From assembly GCA_021613535.1 (NCBI GenBank), contig CP075496.1:5952001-6016000 (forward strand): a stretch of 64,000 nucleotides of DNA, in the 5' to 3' direction. The position numbers and the translations under genes are program-made. The notes beneath the pieces were generated by a model. That model was not told the DNA's origin, did no database searches, and was given only the letters and a program-made list of their open reading frames with translations. Shown in pieces: positions 41,650 to 54,700 of the stretch. The stretch is from Adineta vaga. Its lineage: Eukaryota > Animalia > Rotifera. Positions within the stretch are counted from its first letter, which is position 1. Each line of letters starts with the position of its first letter.

Positions 41650-42421
41650 AGTTTATCTACGAATTATTTCTTCTGATTTTGCTATATGTGGATCTCTTTG
41701 GCACTTGAAATAAAACATCCATATTTCGTTGAATTGAAGATCTTCCTCCTAAAAAAAGTGAATTTTCGTCAAAAATTTCGAAATTAGGATAAATATATAG
41801 GACGATAGCTCTTTTTTTAGATCTTTCATATGTGCTATAATTTTTATATCTTAGACCTGATATATGCCCGAAAATTTTGAAGATTTCTGAGATTGTCTGC
41901 TTGAAAAACATAGATTTTTCTAATTTTTTGAAAAATGTTTTTCGCTTGTTCTCGATTCATGGTTTTGTGGAGGCATATCCAAAAGTTCTCTGTCCTAAAT
42001 GATTCGATACATAGAAATTTGTTTTTTTTTGGAAAGAGCGTGCTAAAATGCAGGGCATGACATTGTCCTTTTTTCAAATTAAGTTTATTTTTCTTACATA
42101 TGCAGACACTTATGTTTGAAAAAAAACATTTTAGAGAGGGGTTTTAGGGTCATCAACTTGTCATTGTCCCTAATCTCGTAACAATTACGAGATTTAAAAA
42201 AAAGATAACATCGTGCCCTGCATCTTGACTCTCTCTTTCTAATACAAATAGAATTAATGAATCAAACCATTCGGAACGAAGATATTTGGGATGTCAAGAC
42301 AGCTATTTTTACGCTTGTTTGGTCTATATCTCTGTGAAATATCGTTGGATCTGGCTGAAAATTTCAGACCATATGAATCATCATAAGTTGAAAATCAATT
42401 TTTGAAGGGGGAAGGCCTTAA
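41650..42421. mobile_element. Non-autonomous palindromic DNA-transposon-like relic (left boundary approximate)
   Basis: Imperfect ~100 bp inverted repeats at 41974-42074 and 42196-42293, a perfect 10-bp hairpin at 42172-42194, and a right end GGCCTTAA. No coding capacity. Confidence 0.55.
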
Positions 42422-43334
42422 AGATAGAATCACTCAATGATATATATATATATACTTTGTTGATTGAAATCATTCAAGTAAAATTAATTTATAGATTTCC
42501 TAACTAGACATTTTAATATTAATGATATTTTCTTCCTTGAATGGTATTTATAGTATTTAAGCATAAATATTACGAAGTTGTAGTCTGTCCTGAAAGAATT
42601 TATAACAAAGGATCAATAGTTATTTGTCCATAAACAATCCAAGCAGATCATAATATACATATGTAGATATCTGACTATATCACAAAATGATGCTATGATA
42701 TAGATTATTATTGATTATAAATGATTGTATATGTTTTCAACCTATCAATCATCACAGATCAGGAAAAAACATAGAAAACGCTATTCAAAGTATTTTATTT
42801 CATGTTGTTAGTTGAGGCAGAATGAGTATATCTATTTTTAGACTATCTTTTTGTCTGTGCTCAGAAAAGTTCCAATCAAAGTAAAGAAGAAGAAATAGAA
42901 CGAATATGAATTCATGTTCATCTTAGTTGACAACATCGACCATTGAGCTTTTTTCTCCTTCGTTCATCGTCATTGTTTTCCTTCCTTCTGAGATTCCGTT
43001 TTCATATTCATTCAACAGCTTTGCTCTGTTCTTTTTCTATGTTAGTTACTAAAGAGTTTTAAGACAAGTGCAGGATCCTATCCTCGTATTTCAGTGAGTA
43101 GATGGAGCATTCTACGTAGATCCTGGATAGAGAAAAGAGAACGAGAGGAGAATTATGGAGACGTTCTGTCTTTAACAATCTCGCCTATTTTTCGTCTTTC
43201 CGATGTTTTTTTCTCTATCTACGCAAAAATTATAAAGAGGAGTCACTCGTTGCTCGACTCAATACTTCATCATATTTGCTGTCATTTTAACACACCCTAT
43301 TTTTCTCTTCTCAGATCAGAAATACCAAAAGACA

Positions 43335-43796
43335 ATGAAATCAATTGTTATCATTGCACTTACATTTCTAGGCTGCATTGGCCTTAATGAAGGTAAATTT
43401 TTATACGATTTTTTTCTCCCGATAAATGTCCTAAGATAATTTTTATGTAGCACTTCAATGTTATTCGCATGAAATGTGCTCAACTAATTGTAAACCATTG
43501 GCTGAAACAATCAAAACATGTAATAGTGATGAAAACAAATGTTACAAAGGCACGTTAGCTTCAGGTGTTACTCGTGGTTGTGCCAAAGAACAATGTACCA
43601 TTCAAGTAAAATTTTTTCTTCGATTAAATCAAGATAAATTCCTATTTTTCTTCTCTAAATTGATTAGATCGATGGTGGTGCATCTGTATCGAGTATCTGC
43701 TGTGAAAAAGAGTTGTGTAATTCAGCAGTATCATCAAAGTTGACACTTAGCACATTCTTTATGATTATTGGTGTCTTTATTATGGCTCGAATGTAA
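43335..43796 (+). CDS. Small Ly6/uPAR (three-finger) GPI-anchored protein
   Basis: Three exons: signal peptide MKSIVIIALTFLGCIGLNE|A, LQCYSHEMC...C...C...CYK...RGC...C, and CCEKELCN followed by a hydrophobic GPI-type tail. Confidence 0.88.
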
Positions 43797-46700
43797 AAAT
43801 CAAATGAAATATTGACTTATTTGGGAACTGTATCAGATAATCTCGCGCATAGTTTAGTGTATTTCTTGTTGATCTAGTTTAATAAATTTTGTCTTGTATC
43901 TGCGTCATTTTCTCAATCTATATTCGATGAAGAAATAGCGTCTTGGCGCTACAATAATGCACCTTCTAATGGTTGTCTTATAATCATATCATAGAAAGAC
44001 ATGGTTCATTCTAATTCAAGATTAATTCAATTATATTCTTATTCTTTTCTCGATATAAACGTCCGACTAATTCGAAATTCTAGATATCGACAAGTACTTT
44101 GAATTCTACACATCTTGTCTAAATCGAATACTTTCTAATTGAATACATCTGGAATCGAATAATATGAAATTATTCAATTGATTCTCTTCGCGATTAGAAA
44201 GGCAAAGAATATTGATGAAAGAACAAAAAGGAAGAGAGAACTGAATAAGATCATCTATAGTCGTTTTTTTACGTAGTTCTATGATTTTATTGTCAAAAAA
44301 GATGAGTATGAATATTGGAGCAAATGCTTTTCATATGATAAGAAAAAAGATTAATTATGACTAAGAATATGTTGGAAGTTCTAGTCGATTACAAATGTGT
44401 TATTGTCTAGAGTATTGAACTATTTGATTTGATATTATGAATGACAAAAAAGAAGAAGATAAGGCTACAGATAGAATGAAATAAATTTTACATATATCTA
44501 GAGAGAGTATATGTATTGTATGTTTTCTCTTATTAGATAGCAATATTTTATTTCGGAAATAGAGAATAGAACATATTTGAAAGCTTTCCGCTTTTTGTTT
44601 TCTTCGATCATATGGAGTCATTGTTAAGAATGCTTTTATATAGGTTAGAACAAAAGCATTTGATCGATGGATTTGAAGGTCACAATACAAATAATCGAAC
44701 ATATCAATATTATATGAAAACATTCAATGAGTACAAATAATATTTTGATTTATCGAAAAATTCAACAGAATATTTGCATGAATGTAGATCTTTCTAAATA
44801 TTCGACTTTGCATTACAATCTCTTCTTCTAGAGAGAGATTGAAAACACATCGTATATTTGAAAACGATCCGATTAAAAACAAATTTGTTAACTGTATTAA
44901 AATCGAATGTCATATTTTTTGTCATGACCTAAATAAATCATTGAAGGTGAAAAGTTCTCATCACTCATTAGCTATCAAAGAATTTCCTATGCCTAAATAG
45001 CGTGTAGAAAAGATTCTATTAAAAACCATTCTGTCAGAAGTATGTAGCACAGATATACATGTACATTATGAACGATTAGGAAGTTTTCTATGTTCAATTA
45101 TTCCAAGTTATTTTCATTGCACAGTAATTGCAGCTATCCGTAGTCATCGATCTATCTATGATATCCATAATAAATCATTGAAAGAAAGTGATGTTGTCAC
45201 ATTTTTAGATGTAACTAAAATATGTTATTATTATTATTATTATTCCGCTCCTAAACAAATAATATGATGTACACATCGTTGAATATATGGGATAGCATAT
45301 AATTGTGATAATCGACAATTATTAGGTGGTTAGTCACCATATATTCAATTAGTATCTGATAGAAAACTATTACATCTTCTAGATAATTTAGGTCCTGTAA
45401 GTTACAATAGTAATCAATGCGGATGAAATATTGCTGTAAATACTACCGATCGAGCGAATATATAATTGAATAATAATTTTGTAATCTTAGATATAGGTTC
45501 AGTTAGTTGCTATTGTTAGAACTCTAGAAATCAATCTGAATTAATCAGTAAATAAGTAAGAAACATATTCAAATTAGAGGGGTGGGTGTGATTCGGACCT
45601 TCATAGAACTATTAAAATGCTAGCAAAATATCGTGCAAAACATTCACGAAAACAAATGATTGGAAAAACATATCAATTATTTGAAATTGATTAGTTTTGA
45701 AATTTTTAATTATCAATAAAAAAACTTTGATTATAAACTAGTCTAATTTATTCATAATCTTTCGATGATAGATTATTATATATTTATTTTGTTATATAAT
45801 TTTAAAGTTTCAATAAAGAATTATTAAATAATAAGATCGTTTAAATTCAAGTATTTGAATATGACAAAACATATTTCTGATAACATCATCCCTCATATTT
45901 GTAATTCCTTCTTGAATAACTTGTTCAGATGACAGCTGTCAATCTGCAATACATTTAATAAAATGTTACCGAAGTGCCGCAGTTATGTATTCTGATTTTT
46001 TTCATTCATCTCTCATCTTTTTTTTTAAATATTGAATTTTTACTCTATCGAATACGTTCATTACTCTCAATAAGCATTTGAAGTACTTTTATTTATATAG
46101 AAAAAGAAATGAAAGAGAAAGTAACATTCAAACTATATAAAATTGTACTTCTTTTTTTCAATAATAATGAATAATTTATCTACATACCAAGGATTTATTT
46201 CTAATTGGATAAATTTCAATGATATATAAATTATTTACTTTTCACATTTTAAATAAGTAGTAAAATAAACATTACTCTCTATTCATTTTACTTGAATATA
46301 TTCTTGATTACATCTTTCTTTTCCGTATTTAATATAGTCATTTATGTTTATGTCATTATCTTGAGGAATTCCTTTTTCTCTTTTAAAAAGAACAAAATTG
46401 AGCAATGAAGCAATCTAATTTAGTTGCACACATCCGCTTTTAGTCTGCGAATTTCTTTTGTTGAACAATCTCAAAATGATGACGCGACTGTCTGTATACC
46501 AATCAAAGTATGTCTTCCGTCTTTTTCAAGACATTCTATTTAGTTTAATCAATAGGCTGAGAATATGAGTTGATTTCCTTTCGTTTTGACATAACTATAT
46601 GCATATATTTATATGTATATGTATGTCACAATGCAAATGCAACAATGACGGAAATTGAAGAAGGGAAAAGAAAGATTATCCCATCATCATCTTTCATTTG

Positions 46701-48440
46701 TTATTGTTTTGTTAATTTTGAGAATAACTAATCTACTATTGTTCCATACATTCGTTGATTCATTCATTCGTATCACATTTGTTAATGACCTTGTAAGTGA
46801 AGCCTCATCTATCTATATGATTACTTTTGCACCTGGTTCTATTGGACACTTGTATCTATCGTTTTAAATTTCATTTCTCGATTAACAATGATCAGCCTTG
46901 AATCGAAAGTAATTTGTAAGTGTGTATGTGCTTTATCTGGTGTGAAAATTCATCATTGAAAGAGCACTAATAACAGTAAGCAATTAAACTTCGTCTTCTT
47001 CTTCTTCTTCGTTGTGTGTACATATAAGCTACATCTATTCGCTTGGGGAAATTACGATCAATTGTTCATTCAACAATTAAACATCTGAACTTTTTTCCTT
47101 CTGTCTAATACTATTCACGGAAGAAAAATTTGATCGATTACTAATGAATCGAATAAGAATAATAAGCATGTGATAGATCTCTTTGATCCGATCGTCTTCT
47201 TCTTCTGTTTTCGAATAAAGATGATAGTCAGGCGAGAAAGATTCCATCAGTACAATTATCTTTTTTGTACTGGTGACCTTTCTGATAATGAAAGAAAAAG
47301 AACAGTGTCCCTGAATCATCCATACACTATAGTCAGTAAGTCAGTTCATCATTGTAAAGAAAGCAAGCGTATGATGTAATTAGAAATAAGATTTGCTGTT
47401 ACTTCTTTTATTCTCAGATTACATCATTCATTTCTTTTATTCATATATGTATAATATATATATACATCTACCTCAAGATTCAATTTCACTTGAAAAGACA
47501 AGAAAGAGAAAGCCAACACTAAGGTAATCATAAGATGGCACGCACGCGAGAATAGGTAACGAGCGGAAGAATTTTTAAGTAGAAAAGTAAGGTCGAACTT
47601 AAAGCTTTTCTTTATCTTTTTTGATAAATATACACACGGGAAAAAATATTATTGCTATTTAGTCGGTGAGCATCAGTCGAACTCTTTATCTGTTTATAAA
47701 GTTGTGATAATTGTGTATATGTGAAACAAACAGACTAGTCATCTGTTCATTTCAAATATACATACATACATACATACACAACTGACCTCTTGAGCTTGAA
47801 GTAAAAGGTGAGAAAGAAATTGAACGGGCTGATCAATCAGTGCATATAAGCTACAGATAAAAAGATAAATCAAAATAAAATACACTCAATAATGTCAATT
47901 ACTCTTGAACGCATTTGTTGTTTTTTCTTTTACTTTTCATTCAATCTTTGTCTAAATATATGAGTCGATGGTCAAGTATTTCGCTGTCGGATCACATTGC
48001 TACATATCTAGTATAATACACTAATCTTTCGACTTTGTATGGTACGTCTGGACGAGTGTTTTCTTGCATAAACATTACTAAGACGAAAGGGAATGTTCAT
48101 TCATACAGCACTCTTATCGGTAGCAATAACAATTCTGAAGCACGTCCCATCCCACTGAGGCGCATCTAAGCTACTTATAACTTACACATACAGCGAAAAA
48201 AACGACTGAATGCCACTAATGATGATGATGATAATGATGATGATGATAGTTTGTTGTTGTGCATTGGCTCGTCTCGACATATACTCTAACATCAATTCAT
48301 TGCCACATCGCTTCCTCTTCTCTATGAATTCGTTCAATACTAAGTTATGTCTCGACGGAACTAACATCAACAACTAACTATATATATATATATATGTAAA
48401 TATATATTAGATCCATTAGACAACAAAACAATTCCCATTC

Positions 48441-48442
48441 TA

Positions 48443-48482
<40 letters not shown>

Positions 48483-48483
48483 G
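48441..48483. repeat. (TATC)n / (TTTC)n compound microsatellite
   Basis: Read directly: tatctatctatc...tttctttctttc. Confidence 0.85.
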
Positions 48484-51400
48484 ATTGATTTTGTTTTATT
48501 TAAAATAGTCTAGCTAACCATAAGAAGCAGGGAAAGTTTGTAACCACCGATGAATTACATTCGTATATATATATATACATAAATATAAGTAAGATCATAC
48601 TTCCGGGCTATTTAATTGCCATACTCATGTAATTGGATCTCATCGAGCAAACGGCTGTTGTGTGCACGCGGTGTGTCATCCCTTTGGGGCCCGTACGACC
48701 CTCGCTCTCTCTCTCTGTCGTTCTTTCCCTTTCCGTTTTCTTTCTCCATTCAATTAGACAATGATCTCGCTAGCTGCTTCTTTAACATGCATAACATTAA
48801 CTGCACCGTGTCCCTTGTCTTTTTCTTCTTCTCGTTCACTTAGTCAAGTGGTAAAGAACATAATCTTATTTCTCTTTTTAGTAATTCACTGTACATACAT
48901 ACATACATACATACATTCAAACACACGTATATATTTAGATTAAGCAGCTGGATGGCTTCTCATATCAATCATTGATATCTTGTCCGATATGAAACAGGTG
49001 AGTGATGCAACTGTATCGATGAAAGACAAATTAACGCTCAAATTCGTCACCTCTTGATCAATTTTTTCTTTAATATTTAATATCTTTCTTTTTCTTCTTC
49101 ATACGACTCGTTATAACTGTGATTGTTATTACGTAAATGATAGAGGAAGGAAAAAAGACGAGAGCACGAAGCGAAGAGAAGAGAATAGTATACGGTTTAC
49201 ATTCATACATTTATCTATCATTTTATTCTTGAGCATATTTTGTATGCATACATCGAAGTAAAATAAGACAACAGGTTATTTGATTGTCTTATGTAAACTT
49301 CAACTATACATATCTTAAAGTAAGCATCATTTTCCGATTAGTTTAGTCATTGATTGTAAAAGGTGATAAAACATTTGACGCTTGAGGATATTTGTATTTA
49401 TTCTTAGCCATTTGTCATATGAGGATTGATACACACACATTGAATGTGATAGATCGATTTAACAAATACCACATGTTCAAGTTGATTTACTGTACTTATT
49501 CAAATGTCTATTGTTCATCCATTTTGTGTATGTATATATCGTTGACTGTTCTGCATTACATGACTTTGCCTTTCTTTTTTATATATATACTAATCTATTT
49601 TGTGTGAATACCCTCTTTAGTCTTATTATCATTGATATCACATTGTCTTCTCTCTTACTCTTTTCGTTAGAAGGATGTAATCGAAGCTCACACATATTCA
49701 CATATATATAGAGAGAGAGATAGATAGATACTTGAACAGTACATAAGAGATGATGATCGTGCCCGATGAGTCGTCGGACACATCTCTCGAGATGGAATCG
49801 ACTTTGTCTTTGCTTTCGCGTGTTCAAGTCTTTTTCTGTTTGATTGACACGCGTGCCGCATATGACTAGAGACAAGAAGCACGTATTTCATGTCTGTAGA
49901 AAAAAAAAGGCAACGAAGAGAAATTTCATCTTTCATTTCGATGCAGGTGAGATAGAAACCAGCTGATTAACAATCGTATGCACATATATAGGAGAATAGA
50001 TGCATATGTATGGTGAGAGAGTCGCGACATTTCACGGTTAGGTAAAGAACGATGTCTCTTTCTTTCCCACTCGTATTTCTAATGTAATGGACTGCACATA
50101 CATATACAAATACACACATTTTCTATATGTGCACGTTTACATCTATTTTTTTGACACGGCGCCGTGTCATCGAACACTATTATCATTAAATTTATTGTAC
50201 ATTTCGTTCAGAAGTTAGAACATTGAAGACCATACGTTTATGTCACTTGGTCAGAATGTTTCTTCTTTTTTTTGCTGTTTAGATTGAGAATATGGTGAAA
50301 GGAAATGAAGAGGAAAAAAGATGTGAGCGAAGCGGATATCGAATAGAGCGAAAAAACTTGAGAATGTCTGTACGATGAAAAGAACACCCGCTGTGGTTAT
50401 ATTGTTATTTTAACTGACATACAACTAAAAAACATCATGTATCTGTCTATTCAAGGAAATCTATGTCTATCGAACAGTTCATTCCTTGCCAGTATCTATT
50501 ATTGTCATAAACAAGTTCATCTATCTATCTTTATCCGCACATTAATTGTTCATTTGTCCTTCTATCTATAGGTGAGCATACCACACACACACATCTAAAT
50601 ATATGTGTACACTGAGTATGATGTTGCGTTTACAATGATGATTGACGATCATTGATGTCGATGAATTAAGAAAGAGAGTAAGAATGATGAATCCTTAGAT
50701 GAAAAAAAACTAAGAAGAATATAGAGAAGAAAGAAAAGAGAGAGAAAAGAATGTATGTGCATGTGTGTGATGATCCAAAACGGCCTTGCATAAAGGAAGC
50801 AATGTATGCATAAGCATACATTCTATTCAGGCCAACATATGCCTAACTACATAACAGTATTGTTGTCATAAGGCATCTATCCTTTCAATGCTTTCTTTTC
50901 ATTTGTCAACAATAGATCATAAGTATAATAGTTAATGTTAATAACATAGTTCATTATTTTTAGATTTCTGCTATCAAATTTCTTGTTTGGATACAATTGA
51001 ACACATTTCTATTTTAATTAAAAACACCCAATTGACTTAACTCACACTTTGATCTTATGTTTTTCTTCAAAAGAAAAACACCGACTATATATACATGTGT
51101 ATTTTCCCTCCTCCACTTTTCCTATTTTTACAAAACTAATCATCGAAAGTTGACCTCTCATTTCAAGATATCGTTATCACAGCGATAGAATAAAGAAAGC
51201 CATTTTCTGTTCCTTGAAGTCGTCATATATTCGGATCGATTATCAACTTATTGGCAAAGTAGAAAGCAAGACAGAGAGAGAGAGAAAATTGTTTAGTGAA
51301 AAATCAAGCAAGCGCATAAACACAACTGGCACTGCATCTTTGCTTAACATCTTTCGAAGTTAGACTTCATTATTCATCCATCTCACATAGTAAACACGTA

Positions 51401-51766
51401 GTCAATCATCTTTAGGATGTATGTTACTGACAGTGAATGATTGATCGCGGATATTCGTTTGTAATATGATCGACATATTAAACAGGTAGATATATTTCTT
51501 TGGAATTAAAGATTACATTTTCTAATCCTCAATTGTTGACTCATTTTTGATATTAGTATGCATATATATGTATATATATATTAGTAAAGAAAGAGAAGAA
51601 GAGATTGTCCTAGCTCTTTTCTTCTTTTTCTTCTTCTTCTATGTTCTCTCTTCTCGTTCTCTGTAGAGAAGAAGAAAAAAAAGTTGAAATAAGTATAAGC
51701 ATTTGTATACGTACATATATGTATATGTGTAGACGGCATTGTCTGAAGTGAGTTGTTTTAGATGAG

Positions 51767-54700
51767 ATCATTTCTATGAAATGCAACCCTTTGTTGAACA
51801 ACCCCAATTTCTTCTCGAACCAAAATCTTCATTTATATTTGAAAATCGTCCGATCAAACTTGAATGTAAAGCAATACGTACTCGTCAAATATTTTTCAAT
51901 TGTGATAATAAATGGGTACCTGAACATGAACATACGAAATCAACAGAGACCAATGTAAGTTGAATATTTCCTTCGTTAGATTTCATAAAATGAAACAATA
52001 AAAAAACAAAATTTCAATGTTATCTAGGATAAAGGTGTGATTACGATTGTCACATCTATTGATATAACAGCTGCACAACTTGAAGGTCAACTTGATTCAA
52101 ATGGATATAAATGTTTTTGTCAAGCATGGTCAGCAACAGGTGGAACATTGAAATCTAAGACGGCAACGATTGAAATTGCATGTAAGTTTAAAAAGATATT
52201 AATGTTACTAATTGAATAGATAGAAATGCTTTGACATTTATCTATCTATCTATATCTATATCTATATATATGTATATGAACTATGATTAGTAAAGAAAAT
52301 TTGTTCTTTAATTAGATCAACTATTTCATAATATTTTCTTTTTTGTTAGATTTGGATAAAGTATTTGAATGGGAACCATTACGAACAGATAGTGTTATTA
52401 GTAAATCAGCTGAATTACGATGTCGTCCACCAAGTGGTAATCCATATCCAAAAGTAAGATCGATTACATAATTATCTCTATATAAATAAATAGGTCATCA
52501 TCAGCAGTATAAGTTATATATGAGCGGATAATTTAGTTAGCCTTCTCTATTCGATGCTCGTAATACCATCAAGTCATTATTCAAACACGTTGTTTAATAC
52601 AACGAATATTTGATCGATTATTCAACGAATTGATGTATAATGTAGAGATACTCGATATCCCGATAGGCGGTTCACCTGTCAGATGTATTTGTTCACTTAA
52701 ATTTTCAATCGTATACCTGCTGTTACCACACGTACTCAGACAAAAGTATACTAGCAAATAATCGATGAACTAATCATCACACCGTCACACTCCTATTTTA
52801 ACAAGTAAAAAACAAAGAGAAATTCAATTGAGATCTGTATACTTAACAAATTGAAAGAAGAAATATGAAGGACTAATTGTCTATTGAATTTTGAAGGTAA
52901 CATGGTTAAAAGATGGGCAACCAGTTGAAATTAATCGTAATGGTAGATTTATATTATCAAATGAAAATTCGTTACTTATTGCGCAAATAAAAACAACTGA
53001 TGCAGGAAATTATACTTGCGTAGCTACAAATACAGCAGGAACCTATTCAAGTGAACCAGCTGAACTCATCGTTCATGGTATAAATAATAAAATTTAGAAA
53101 AAAAACGGCTCTTCTCATTTGTGTAAATTACGTTTCTCTTTCATAGATGATCGTGGATGGTCTGAATGGCAACCATTTTCTGATTGTAAAGGCATACCAT
53201 GTAGTATAGGTCGACAAAAACGCATCCGTACATGTTTGAATCCACCAACAATTACTAATCGACCTAGTTGTGATGGTGATCAAGTTCAAGAAAGAGAATG
53301 TCAAGTTACATGCCCAAAAGATCTTCCATCTCCTTCAGGTGTTCTTGTTCCAACAGGTTCGATATTCCTTTCTTTTTTCAATCGTTTCTTTTTATTTCGT
53401 TTCTTTTTTCAATATAGATGATGGTTTTTCTGAGTGGTCTTCATGGACTGATTGTACAGGTACACCGTGCAAAACAGGTCGTCAACAGCGTATACGTGCT
53501 TGTTTAAAATCATCCATAACCGATGATAAAAAATCTATTTGTAATGGTGAACAAATACAAGAACGTGAATGTCTGGTCTCCTGTACGAATAAAACGTCAT
53601 CATCATTTGCTCCTGTTCGTCCATTATCAAATGGTAATTATTGATTTTTTTGCAAATTTTTTTTTCAAATTCATCGGGCTTTTATTCTTATTAATTTCAA
53701 GGTATGTATACAAATTGGACTGAATGGTCAACATGTCGATCATCAGATTGTACATCGATACGTACACGACAATGTTTACAAGAGCCCTGTCTCGATTATT
53801 TAGTTGAAAGTCGACCATGTAAAGGAAATCTTTGTTCTCGTAAGTAAATGATGATGATGATGATGATGACTATCCACTTGATCTTTCTTTCGATGAAATA
53901 ACTGATTCAATTTGATTAGAACGAGAGGCGGCGTCTAGTCACATTTCCGACACTCTTAAACAATTCCATTGTCTGGACATTGATTATTTCAGATTTTCTT
54001 CTTTTTTTTATTTAGATATTAATAGTAGTAGCAGTAGTGCTACTCTCGTTTCTTCGTCTGCTCTCAATGTGATCGTCTATTCATCGATTAGTATCGGTGC
54101 TCTCATCTTTCTTTTACTAACAATATTATTTTTTTTAATTTGTTGGCGTCGTCGACAACGTTTAACGTCAAAAAAAGGTAATTGCCATGATTATATAATC
54201 ATCCTCTCTTATCATATCTTCGTCTTCCGCTTTAATAAGAGTTTAGACTAAACATAGTGACATTTGTGCACTTATAAATAAATATGTCTCTGTTACTTTT
54301 TCCTGTTCGCTTCTTCTTCGTAACAGCTGAACTTTTAATATGTATACAGTCATAAAGCGGCAAAAGTGTAAATTGGTTGAAAAGAGATTTTTTCTTTCCT
54401 TTTTTTTATTTCTGCTACGCATACTTATTGATCGAATAAAACAATGAAATTGAGATCAAACTGACAGATAGCAATCTGTGCGTGTGTGGACAGAAGAACA
54501 CCGCAGAGATAATTGTAGTGCGTGTATGTGGTTGTGTGCCGGCGGTCAGTTCAGCTAGGCAACCACTCGATAGATTAACGAACTGAGAATGAATGCATGA
54601 AAAGAGAAGAATAAGGAAAGAAAATGGGAGGAACGCTTATCATCTGCACCATGTGCATTAATTTGCTCAATACGTTCACAATTGTTGAAAAGAATTTTGA

